Below, piece by piece: positions 24,261-36,428 of a stretch of DNA of 64,000 bases. Under the pieces are notes generated by a model. The model saw only the letters and a program-made list of their open reading frames with translations, searched no databases and was not told the origin of the DNA. Position numbers and translations under genes: made by a program. Within the stretch, counting starts at the first letter, position 1. Each line of letters opens with the position of its first letter. This DNA is from Phoronis australis (Eukaryota > Animalia > Phoronida). The stretch spans positions 132,367 to 196,366 of the forward strand of contig NMRA01000617.1 in assembly GCA_002633005.1 (NCBI GenBank), in the 5' to 3' direction.

Positions 24261-25397
24261 CGCATTGCTCGAAATGTGGGGGACATTTTAACATATTTTA
24301 GTAGCGACGCTCGTCGTTTTATTTTTACTATTTTAAATTTAAATTTAGGTCTGGATACGTGATTTCAATTTTTACGAGAAAAAAAAAAGATTGCCTTGTT
24401 TTTACCACTAACTAGCTTTATAAAAAATTGTTGAAAAATTCATCGTTAAGACAGATATTAATAAAAGATAGAAGGTTTCGTTTTAAAGAAGCCTGGAACG
24501 CGATAAACAGACTAAAATTGCAACATTAAAAATGATTCTCTGCCACCGAAATAGAATTCAACCTGCTCATCAGGTATTTTTGGGGTTTGTTCGTAAAGAT
24601 TTTTACTTTCTGTTGATATCAAGGCATTTTCTCTAACTTTCAAATTTCAAAAAAACGATCTGTCAAGTGCTCGCTTCTTCATCGATTTTTTCCAACAATG
24701 CAAAGCCCGTCTCCTTATTTGGTATAGCATTTCATAGACGTAGCACATTTCCCTTATATGGAAAATGTGACCTGTGACCTCCAGCGACTTCAACCAATGG
24801 GGCTATTCGGAAAATCTACAATAACTAGAGGGCGTGCGTGTACTAGTGGTGATAGATTAACAGCCTCGATTTCGAGAGCCCTTTAAATACATGGTGAAAT
24901 GGCTTGCAGCCGTGCCAACTGAATCTGAGATTGCGTAAAAAGAGTGCTTCTATGAGAGGAAGTAAGCACGACCTCATACAAAGGTAAGGTTTGTGATTAC
25001 TTTAACGATTATTCCATGATTTTTCTACCGATGCCTGTTAACTGAGGCACTCGCTGATGTCGACTTCGCGGCAGTCAGTCGCCAGCCAGAGTCTGGTTAA
25101 TCTTTGTGTGTCGTGATATGTGATACGATACTTGACGTAGCAATCGGGATCTTTTCGTACATCAAAGCATTATTATTGTTTGGAATGATTTCTAAAAGTT
25201 TATCAGTGACAGTTACATCAATCAATGCTGAATGTTTAAGCTGTCAACTCGATACAGGTTAATGAGTTAAGATTACAATCCAATCCCAATGGCAAAGGGT
25301 ACGTGAGTGACAAATATCCATTGCATTAGACTATTTGTTTACTCCCTATCATATGTCTTGTGGAAATCTATTACACGTTGAAATGGAAATCTATCAC

Positions 25398-26023
25398 NNN
25401 NNNNNNNNNNNNNNNNNNNNNNNNNNNNNNNNNNNNNNNNNNNNNNNNNNNNNNNNNNNNNNNNNNNNNNNNNNNNNNNNNNNNNNNNNNNNNNNNNNNN
25501 NNNNNNNNNNNNNNNNNNNNNNNNNNNNNNNNNNNNNNNNNNNNNNNNNNNNNNNNNNNNNNNNNNNNNNNNNNNNNNNNNNNNNNNNNNNNNNNNNNNN
25601 NNNNNNNNNNNNNNNNNNNNNNNNNNNNNNNNNNNNNNNNNNNNNNNNNNNNNNNNNNNNNNNNNNNNNNNNNNNNNNNNNNNNNNNNNNNNNNNNNNNN
25701 NNNNNNNNNNNNNNNNNNNNNNNNNNNNNNNNNNNNNNNNNNNNNNNNNNNNNNNNNNNNNNNNNNNNNNNNNNNNNNNNNNNNNNNNNNNNNNNNNNNN
25801 NNNNNNNNNNNNNNNNNNNNNNNNNNNNNNNNNNNNNNNNNNNNNNNNNNNNNNNNNNNNNNNNNNNNNNNNNNNNNNNNNNNNNNNNNNNNNNNNNNNN
25901 NNNNNNNNNNNNNNNNNNNNNNNNNNNNNNNNNNNNNNNNNNNNNNNNNNNNNNNNNNNNNNNNNNNNNNNNNNNNNNNNNNNNNNNNNNNNNNNNNNNN
26001 NNNNNNNNNNNNNNNNNNNNNNN
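25398..26023. other. Assembly gap (626 N)
   Basis: Run of N; the poly-X ORFs are artefacts. Confidence 1.
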
Positions 26024-26375
26024 GGTAAAAACTTTTCAATTTGGTACAGATTATGGGGAAATGACATTCAGTGACTGCATCGATTGTCTTATTGTATGTT
26101 TTCAATTGTAGCTAGCTGGATAAGAATCTGCTATGCACAAGATTCGAGAATAAACAATTATCAGTGTATTTAAAAACAAATTGCAAACTGAAAAAGCACA
26201 GAAAGAAACTAGAAAGATTATTGTCACGGCGTGACAATAATGGACTCTGCGCGTGGTTATTACTGGAATTGTTTTGGGACGTTATTGACAGCAACCCGCT
26301 TACCAATATGAAAAGCAATTCTTTAAAATTGTAGGAGAAATTACATGTTAATATTTTGATTACCTTTCCACTAGT

Positions 26376-27420
26376 TGACCTCTTCCGGTGCATTATGAAC
26401 CCCGATCAGGGAATAATTGTAAACTCGATTTAAAGTGTGGTTAATGCTAAGAATCACAGATGTTTTACTTTAAGCACTTCAGAATACAAGATGAATGAAT
26501 TGGACAAAGTTTCAGAAGAAAAGTGCACATAATGACCCCATGGGTGCACCAAATGACCTGAAAATTTAGAATTCAAACTCAGTCGCATTTAGCAAACAGA
26601 TATGTAATTTTGAAGTCTCTAGCTCAAAATTTTAGTTTGCACTCAATGACCTTTGACCTATTTTTTCTGATTGGTTAAGCCTATTGCGTAGTAAAGTAAG
26701 GTATTCAATTGGCATGTTGACTTACACCAGTGTGCTGAAATTGAAAAGAATTCCTTGAAAAACGTAAGAGATATAACCTTTTGAATGTTACATGACCTTT
26801 GCACTACTTGACCCCATCCGGTGCATTATAAGCGTCTTTAAGAGAGTTATTGCAAAGCGCATATGTGTTTAATGTGTTTAATTCCGAGAATCACAGTTGT
26901 CTAACGGTTGACACATCAGAATACTTGCCGATTGAAAAGGTCAAAATTTTCAGAAGAAAAATGCACCTAATGACCCCATGTTTGCACTGAATGACCTGAA
27001 ACTTTGGATTCCAAATTGAATTACCTGTGCCAATCAGTGTCTAGCTCAAAATTCCAGTTTGCACCTAATGACCTTTAACCTATTTCACCTGATTGGATGA
27101 CCCGATTACTTAGAAAAGTAAATTTTTAAATTGCCTAATTGGTTTATACCTGTGTGCCGAATTTGAAAAGAATAGCTTTTAAAATAAAGAAGGAGTAGCA
27201 TTTTGAAAATTACATGACCTTTGCACCAAATGACCTCTTCCGGTACATTATGGAATATGATTATATAAGGAATCAAAATTTATGTACTGCCAAATATCAC
27301 ATGCAGAATTTAAAGAACATACCTGCCCCCATTTTAAAGTTATTAAGCCTCAAAGTTGGTTGGAAGAAGAATAAGAAGGAGAATAAGAATAAGAATAAGA
27401 ATAAGAATAAAATTGAAGAA
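26376..27420. repeat. ~430-bp-unit diverged tandem repeat ending in an (AAGAAT)n microsatellite; possible Helentron-associated (HINE-like) element
   Basis: Unit starts TGACC(T/C)C(T/A)TCCGGT(G/A)CATTAT recur at ~26376, ~26809 and ~27231 with colinear interiors. AAGAAT array at ~27364-27410. Confidence 0.65.
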
Positions 27421-28394
27421 AACCCAGGAACAACAGTACTCTGCGCTTACACGCGCAGAGGAACAACATTGCGAGGGAGTCCATAATCAGGCATGTCAGG
27501 TGCTGAATTTCTGAATTACGTTCAATTCTTTCAGGTTATTGCTGAAGGATTGCTTTTCACTTTGTCCAACGGTGAAATAGATGGTCAGGCGGTTGGTTTC
27601 AGTTGTTTTTTCTTGCCTGTAACAGAATAGAAATATTAGCAAATTGTAAAAGAAAAGACAAGACAAAACTACTTTTGTAAGGCAGAACATACTTGACATT
27701 TCATCTTCATGTTTATGTGTAGAAACTAATAACCTTTGTACCCAAGTCTTATTTAATATCTGAATTAAAATATGTGAAACAGGCTAAAAGTGATTTAACA
27801 ATGTGTATTTTTCATGACACTTAAAATGTGCTTCTGATCTCAACAAGTAAAATTCATTCTAGGTGTCAATTTTTTTCCAATGCAATGTTACGACATTTAC
27901 TGAATTAAGGCTTATTCATGTTAATTCGATAACTGAGCTGGTGGTCCTGGGGGTGGGGTCCACGATAAAATAAGGAAACTCACTCATCTAGAGAATTTTA
28001 TTGGAAACAGCATAGTTTTGAAGAGAAACTGCTGTGAAAAAGTCACTCTTGACTTCTGTGCATCACGTACCATACACCTCTTATTTTGGGAGCACTCCCA
28101 CCCAGGACAATATGAATATGTGCTGCTAGCCTACCCGGCATCGGGTGAGTTTCCAAAAAGAAACACTTAGTTCCACTCAATAAAACTGTTATTCAGTGGG
28201 GTAACTGGTGGGGATAACATCACCGAACGATGTTGATAGAAACTGATTGCTAAAAACTTACCAAGTAATGTTGTGTAGTCTCCGAATGGAACTGCATAGT
28301 CATAGAGCACACACGGGGCTTCAGCATCCACACACTTTTTGTCAGTTAGTTGACCCTGTTGACCGCAATTGTCCACGAATATAGTAACCTTAGG

Positions 28395-31300
28395 TCTTTT
28401 GGGAATTTGTGGCCACCTGTCGAAGACTTGCACCAGGGAAATTAGCAGTAATAAGGCTTAGCGCGACGACGTATTTTGATAAAAATTCCATCTTTTACCA
28501 GTTGTTTACATGCAGACAGCCACGCATGCGCAATTCAATCACCACTAGTACAGCAGCGACACCGCGAGGAGAATTCTCCGAATAGAATTTCAAATGCGTA
28601 TTTTGGACCTAATTCAAAAGAGGTTAATACAGTATTAATTTTATGACAGTACTTTATATACAGAGTGTCCACAAATTTATGATACAGACTAAAATGCTTC
28701 GAACTTTTTTATATTTTAACATTTTGACTTTCTGTGTCAGATTTAAGGATCTGAGAAGTTAAGAAACCCAGCCACCCATCAAGAATGCCATTCACCAAAC
28801 AGCAGAAAATTTTCTGTGTGGTTAAAAAATCTGAGAAAACATCCTTCAAATATGCAATCGCTCATTTTCCCCAAAAATATGATCATAACAAAAAACCCAC
28901 AGATCTATCGCTGGGTAAAGAAGTTTGAGACTGCAGGGACAATAAATGATATGAGGGAGACGTCTCGTCGCAGAGTTGGCAGAAAACTCACTGTAAGATC
29001 TCCAGAAAACATTGCCAGAGTACAAGAGTCAGTGGGATGTAGTCCCATGAAATCTCTCCGTTAACCAAGGAACGCTACCTGGAGGTCCTCCACATGTTTT
29101 GGGAAGATTTAGGTGTCAGAAATAGGAGAAGAGGTGCAAACAGGGTGATGAGAAATATACAGGGGCCACCCCTCATACAGCCAATGTCAGTCTGGAGTGG
29201 CTGGACAGCAAGTTCCCTGGTCGTCTCAACAGCCGTAAGCGCAATCCAGAATGGGCGTCTCATTCCCCTGATCTGAACCCCAGAATTTTACTTATGGGGA
29301 TATCTGAAGGACAAGGTTTACAAGGACAACCCCAGGATCATTCGAGATCTCAAGCAAAGATAACCGACTTTCAAATGTCAAACAATATTACTAACATTGG
29401 TCAAACGGTTTGCAGCCTTTCCCGTCGGTTATCTATACATTTTCAAAATGGCGCCATCCAAGATCATTTTCTCCAATGTCACCCGTCAAGAAATCGTGGA
29501 AAACACGTCAATTCGGCACGTATAGCACGATGTGATGCGATTGAAAGTATTAGATTCCCTTTTGATTGCATTTGAGAAGCCTGTTTTGAATGAGCAGCAA
29601 ATAGGGTCGCACCGCATGTTACACTTGTTGGCGTGACTTTTCTGTTACCCCCCCCCCCTTCATTAGTCATTCTTTGCAGTATTTCACTCTCGCCGTGTCC
29701 CACTGTGAATGTCTCCCGCTTATGCTCTGTGGTGGCATTACTGCGTCATTTTATATTAACTTCAGAATGAAATAAGTATGTTTCGAAATACCATGAACCT
29801 TTTAATTATGTCGCTAGGTCAGTTACTTCATCTATGTTCCGTTGAGAGTAGAGTTTTATTCCGAACATATGAACAAAACGGAATAAAAGGCTGTCAACAA
29901 TGAAAAGTGTCGTATGTTCAGTCAGTAATGTATCATTGTATCAAAGTTAGATGAAAGCTGATTGTCAGTGTTAAAAACACCTGAATTCTTCCTTTTGGGA
30001 GGCCCTCTATGAATACTTCGATATATATTTTCTCGCACTTGTATAATTTGTGACTAATGTTCATTAAGTGTGCGTGGATGTATGCGTGGAGTATCTTTCC
30101 TAATGTTAGATGGTTATCAGCGACAGTAGATAAACAATACGTAACTATAATCAAACGCAAACTCGTAATACAATGGCTTTCGACTAAGCAGACGTCAGGG
30201 TCCCTACAACCAAATGTGTCACAACAATAACAAACTAAGTAATAATCGGTCCAGTTGCTGTTCTTATCTTTCTTTTAAAAAACGATATTTAGCAACAAAA
30301 ATGACTGAAAACTTAAATTTTGAGCTACACACCTCAGATTTACATGTGTGATTCATACACTGTAATTGCGGTCCAATTCCAAAGTTTCAGATCATTTGGT
30401 GCAACCATGGGATCAAAATTCTCAACATTACTACACTTTTCAAGAACTTTACCATAATTGCACTACAAGGGCTCATAGTGCACCTGAAAGGGCCAAAATA
30501 CTACAAGGGATATCCAATTTCATTCAACATGCATTCTTTTTATACAATTTCTATTCTACCGTGCCAACAGTTAGCCATCTGTGATTCAGCACGATCCACA
30601 TTTTTTCTTTCTTGTATAATTCTGCTATGGTGCACAAGCCACCGGAAAGGTTGTAAAGTTTCCAAAAAGTCTCCATCGCGCAGAGTCATTATTGTCATTT
30701 TCTGACAGTAATCTTTCTTGATTTATACTCGTAATTTTAGCAAGTAGTCGTTATATTTAAATACAATTCCATGAGACCAGCAGCCATTAAATTAAAGTCC
30801 TTGTTGCAAACTGCCCATGTGGTTCCAGTATCCGAAAATACTTACTACATAAATTCTTATTTTCGACACCCTTTCTTTATATTCTTTTCGCCTTTCTTGC
30901 CAAAAGCGATTTTGTAACAGTATTTGACCCTTCTCTCTGAGCGTATGGTTACCGGTTGTCATCGGTTATTTCCGTACCCACATTTCCGGCTCATCAGTTC
31001 AGGAACTTGTCCTGAACGCCGCCATTTTTACCTTGTAACTGAATGTGCTATGGCTTGCTCGAAAAGTCTTCATTATTTTGTTTTATTAGTAATATNATCT
31101 TTTGGGAATTTGTGGCCACCTGTCGAAGACTTGCACCAGGGAAATTAGCAGTAATAAGGCTTAGCGCGACGATGTATTTTGATAAAAATTCCATCTTTTA
31201 CCATTTGTTTACATGCAGACAGCCACGCATGCGCAATTCAATCACCACTAGTACAGCAGCGACACCGCGAGGAGAATTCTCCGAATAGCCCCATTATGTC

Positions 31301-32321
31301 GCTAGGTCAGTTACTTCATCTATGTTCCGTTGAGAGTAGAGTTTTATTCCGAACATATGAACGAAACGGAATAAAGACTGTCAACAATGAAAAGTGTCGT
31401 GTGTTCAGTCAGTAATGTATCATTGTATCAAAGTTAGATGAAAGCTGATTGTCAGTGTTAAAAACACCTGAATTTTTCCTTTTGGGAGGCGCTCTATACT
31501 TCGATATATATTTTCTCGCACTTGTATAATTAGTGACTAATGTTCATTAAGTGTGCGTGGGTGTATGAGTGGAGTATCTTTCCTAATTTTAGATGGTTAT
31601 CAGCGACAGTAGATAAACAAACACTAAAGTGCAGTGAAATACGTAACTATAATCAAACGCAAACTCGTAATACAATGGCTTTCGACTAAGCAGACGTCTC
31701 AACAGGGTTCCCACAACCAGATGTGTCACAACAATAACAAACTAAGTAATAATTGGTCCAGTTGCTGTTCTTATCTTTCTTTTAAAAACAATATTTAGCA
31801 ACAAAAAATGACTGAAAACTTTTGAGCTACACACCTCAGATTTACATGTGTGATTCATACACTGTAATTGCGGTCCAATTCCAAAGTTTCATTTCATTTG
31901 GTGCAACCATGGGATCATTATGTGCACTTTCCTTCTGAAAAAATTCTCAACATTAATTACACTTTTCAAGAACTTTACCACAATTGCACTACAAGGGCTC
32001 ATAGTGCACCTGAAAGGGCCAAACTACTACAAGAGATATCTAATTTCATTCAACATGCATTCTTTTTATACAATTTCTATTCTACCGTGCCAACAGTTAG
32101 CCATCTGTGATTCAGCACGATCCACATTTTTTCTTTCTTGTATAATTCTGCTATGGTGCACAAGCCACCGGAAAGGTTGTAAAGTTTCCAAAAAGTCTCC
32201 ATCGCGCAGAGTCATTATTGTCATTTTCTGACAGTAATCTTTCTTGATTTACACTCGTAATTTTAGCAAGTAGTCGTTATATTTAAATACAATTCCATGA
32301 GACCAGCAGCCATTAAATTAA
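28395..32321. repeat. Tandem near-identical duplication across single N (31096); probably two unmerged haplotypes
   Basis: 28395-28585 plus 29805-30795 match 31098-32321 with scattered SNPs and indels. Confidence 0.85.
28661..29450 (+). mobile_element. Tc1/mariner-superfamily transposase remnant (HTH plus partial catalytic domain)
   Basis: TA|CAGAGTGTCCACAAA terminus; MPFTKQQKIF..IYRWVKKFETAGTIND..GRKLTVRSPENIARV; WASHSPDLNP..YLWGYLKDKVY; internal deletion. Confidence 0.8.
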
Positions 32322-32747
32322 TACGCAGTCGATATTGTTTTTGTGGTGCAAATGGTTTTTTATTCAAATGTCTTGAATAAAGAATGAGTGATTTAACACC
32401 ACCTGTTAGCAATAATTCTACAACATTCCCCCCGAAAACCGTTTTGAACCTATGTTTTTGCAATGTCATGTGTCATCTGCCCGCACTTTTAGAGTAAGAG
32501 AATAAAACTTGGCCTAAATATTAAGAAACATGGTAATTTTAACAAATAAAATAAAAGCATTGTCAGGCAACCAGCCAGATTTTCATTTAGTACCCCAATA
32601 AGTACTGAAATAGACCACATTCAAATGCCTAGCATGGCTAAGGCAGCAAGTAATTTCAGTAAGGCTACGATATTTTTCGATCTTTGCATTTGTGTAATTT
32701 GCACCTGAGATTTTACCTTCTGAATACTTCATAACATGCGCAAAATA

Positions 32748-32840
32748 TGAGCGTAAAATTACGAGTGTAAAAAAGAGCGTAAAATTAAGAACGTAAAATT
32801 ACAAGCAAAGATAGAAGCGTTAAATTACGAGCGTACAAAT
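32748..32840. repeat. ~14-bp minisatellite (GAGCGTAAAATTAC-like), ~6-7 degenerate units
   Basis: gagcgtaaaattacgagtgtaaaaaagagcgtaaaattaagaacgtaaaattac... Confidence 0.7.
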
Positions 32841-35800
32841 GCTTCAGAGCTCACGTGACTTACAGACTGATTTCTCATAGGATATAATGATTACGGTAGT
32901 GAAGCATGAGCGAAGCCCCTGTCATAGTTACGAGCGTAATTACTCCTGACATTTTCACCCGAACGACCCACGTTAGGAGGCAGCTTCGCTCGTGACCTGT
33001 TTAGCCAGTCGATAGAGATAAAACGTCTTCGCACTTACTTCAAGTTGCAAGCCATCCACGACGCTAAAACAAAGCAGAAAGGCGATTTTTAGACGATCAT
33101 GTGAACGGTGTGTATCTACGTTAAGAAAACAAAGGGTTCGCATATCACATGAAAGTGCCTTACCTTGTTTTTAGGGACGGGTGCCAAAGGTGTGTTTGGT
33201 CACGACGAGAGTTGATTTCATTGATTGTGTGCCTCGATTGGAACCGAACAACGTTTAGTTCTCGGCTATGATAGGTCAGGCATCAATAATTTCACCCCCA
33301 TGGACTTTTCAAGTAGGTTTGAAGTCTAAATTTTAATATCATTGGCAGCATACTTTTGCTTATAACTTTTTAAACTTGCAGTTCATCTATGAATTAACCC
33401 CATGCCTGAAATCCTCAATTTTAACCACCAATGCTCAGGTTATTGTCCACTCCTAATTTATGTGACCACGACTTCCTTACAAGTGCCTGTTTCTTTGTCA
33501 ACGCTTGGGTCAGAAGAATTTTATTTCTCAAAAAGTACGCAAGTTGCTAATGTTTTGAATAACAGCCAGTCACTTTAAAGGGTCCTTACTTTATTCGACC
33601 GGTACTGACAGAAAATACCCATTCTTTCCTGCCATTTTGGGCTTGAAGTTAGCAACTAGCCCGCATAGTGCCTTAGAATTTTGCGGCGACTGTTATAAAT
33701 CGTGGTTGTCGTTCAAATGTAACAGATAAATAAGGTCAGTGAAAGCAGTTCTTTGTGACCCCTCTTCTTAATATGCAACCGTCCTATTATTCCACGTATC
33801 GACCTCGATCTTCGGTCTCGGTCGATACGCGTAATAATGGCTCGTGGGATATTACTCCATGTACGCCATTCTCGGTACGTTTTGTGTATTTATTGCACCC
33901 TGCGAGCCACGTGATTTATTTCATTTTTCAGCCCTCGTGAGCAAAACAACATAGAAATGTAGTATATACGCATAAAACAATGAGCTCGTGGGCAGCTCAT
34001 TATGACGTTTAACGTTTGCATTGTAAGATTCAAAGAAGTGATGTGTGAAAAGCTTGGTGATACTACTCAACAACTGTGCTTGATTACTATATTCTAGGCG
34101 GTGAGAACCTTACTAAACTGACAACGTTATATTTGACTCGTGCATGTGACGTGTAGCTCCCTATAGTCTATGATTTCACTAGTCGGTAACTAACCAACCC
34201 TAAGGGTTGAAAGTCCGCACGGTGAAAGTTGAGAATCAAGTGCCATACATAGGACCTATCACATTCGAAATGCACGTCAAATATTAACCTGTACACATCG
34301 AAATTGAGATCGTGTGAACACATTTATGTCCAGAATTAGTTCGAATTGTACGCCAAATAATAACCTGTTTACAGAGCTGAGTATTGGCTATGATTTCAGT
34401 AATTAATTTACGGTTAATTTTCCATGTTAAGTTACCCACATTGCGGTTACTAGGTACGACATCCATTCAAAAGTCCTTATTTCCTTATCTTACAAATGTA
34501 CGACCTGGCTCCAACAGCTTTCTGACAGTTGGACTGTCACCACCGTCTGAAATACGTTTCAGTGAATATTGACAAAATGATTACGAAAGGGTATCTACCA
34601 TTTGACAATTTTCAACATATTCTTCGTCTTTGGAGTTTTCATCAACCGAACTGCATTGTGCCTCGACTTATTCATAGATCGTTCTTGGTAATACCTGAGC
34701 GTTCTTATCGTTTATGAGATAGTCCCGGGAGCGAAAGTTGAAGCGGGTATGCATTCAGTAGAGGCGAGAATCTCGTGAAAACGAAAGAACATGCGAGACT
34801 TCGCGAGATAGTGCCATGTTGTATTACAAGCGAAGCACTTGATAATGGGAGCTTCCTTTGCGAGATTCTTGTGTCTAAAAAGCTCTGCAAATGTTGCAGG
34901 CAATGTTATGCCCGAAGAGTTTTCTCCACAGTAGCAAAAGTTGGCCTCTTGGAAAATGCTGAGTGCAAAAAGATTTCCATCATAGGAACGTTTCGTGGGA
35001 CGATCATAGTGTTCGCCTGAGCCCTGGTTGACTGGAAATAATAGTTTGAATGACTTGTCGAAACCGTCAATTGTCCTTGTTTGCAAGACGTCGCTGAATA
35101 TTAAATATATTATGTTTAATGGATACCGTTTCTTGAGCAATTTCATTTTTTTTGTCAAAAATATGTACACATTAATTATATTCTAAAATCTCTCAGCACA
35201 GAAATTTTTAATTAGTTGTATTGCAGCCATTTACTGCTATTTACCAGGAAATCCTCAATCTCCTACCTTAATTGCACTCCCCTTTCCCCCCTCACCTTGT
35301 TTTTCTTCAAATCGGAGGTTATAATCTTTCCTCCCCTTCCTCCGACCTCATTTCCATTGCCCAATCTTTTATATCTCTTGCTCTGTTCATTACTGTCCTA
35401 TTGTCCAACATTTCTGTGGCGCTTTTTATAGCCCATAATTCCAGATAAAATGTTTTTACTTTTATATATTTATTTTCTTATATTGTTGAATCACTATTCT
35501 AGTCATCTGATTGCTCCAAATTTTGGTCTCCTTTTTCATCTCTGGAAACGAGCTTGCAACGCAAAATTTTTGTCTAGTTCAGTGCCGAACATATTTCACT
35601 CGTTGGATATGTTTATGTGTCAGCATTTGGACTTTTTCTACATTACACCTCCTTGGCCTGGTATCCAATTCTTATGTGCAGTGTTGTAGTCCACGGGCCT
35701 TGAGATTGGTCATCTTTTGGCACCCATAGGCTGATAATTGTCACGTGCCTTTAGAAATTTCTTTTTTTCTAACAGCCACGTGTTTCAATACTATTTCATT

Positions 35801-36248
35801 ATTCCTGCAATTCGGGCTTGCGAGTTTCTCTCTAACATGTTTCCCTCTCACTCCTCAAGGGTTTTTCTCGCCCTTCCGTGTTGCGGGTTTTACTGCTCAT
35901 CTTTCCAAAGACAAGGTTATTTTACTACTAAATATCTATTTTCTTTCACTGCTTTGTTGAACTATTCTAGGCACAATCAGAGACCTATTTACGCCAATCT
36001 TCGGAAACGAGCTTGCGACGCACGGTTTTTGACTCATGCAGTGTCGAGCATAAGAGTTAAATGTTTTAAACGTATTAGTGACGACCAGGCTTTCTACTCT
36101 AAGAGTTTTTTCACTAGGCCTACGTTGTTGAAATAAATTAATGGACAAATGCGAACATACGAAGGAACGCATTCATTGGTGTTCTGGCGCTGCAGATGCT
36201 CATCTTGGGTATTTTTTCCAACAGGGCAAGGTCCGAGTTTCTCAGAGA

Positions 36249-36428
36249 ATGAAAGGTGCTACCGGTCCAGCCTTTTATGTGGTCAGTTTACAACTGTCAA
36301 TTGTACTGGTGGCGACCTCTCCTATTGAGAACTACGTGGCTCTGATTGACGCCGGAAGTTCCGGAAGTCGCATGCATGTGTTCAAATGGAAGCCACGACA
36401 CGTGGCTGATGGTAACGGAGTACCAGAC
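36249..36428 (+). CDS. NTPDase exon 1 (signal peptide-like segment, ACR1)
   Basis: MKGATGPAFYVVSLQLSIVLVATSPIENYVALIDAGSSGSRMHVFKW..VPD|GTAAGA. An acceptor at 36223 suggests an upstream exon. Confidence 0.9.

Noticed and set aside
25335-26111. Four long ORFs of 222-258 aa
   Set aside because: Poly-X translations of the N gap.
30950-31005. Minus-strand CTGATGAGCCGGAAA resembling a hammerhead ribozyme core
   Set aside because: No proper stem II closing pair before GAAA and no convincing stems I/III.
32748-32840. CRISPR-like short repeats
   Set aside because: No unique spacers, eukaryotic context; simple minisatellite.
33000-35170. Possible very old LTR-retroelement remnant (Cys-rich 152-aa ORF 34712-35170)
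   Set aside because: Motifs too degraded to call without a profile search.
36141-36248. Upstream in-frame ATG extending the NTPDase N-terminus
   Set aside because: It lies upstream of a strong acceptor (ttttttccaacag, 36223), so it is probably intronic; not fully excluded.
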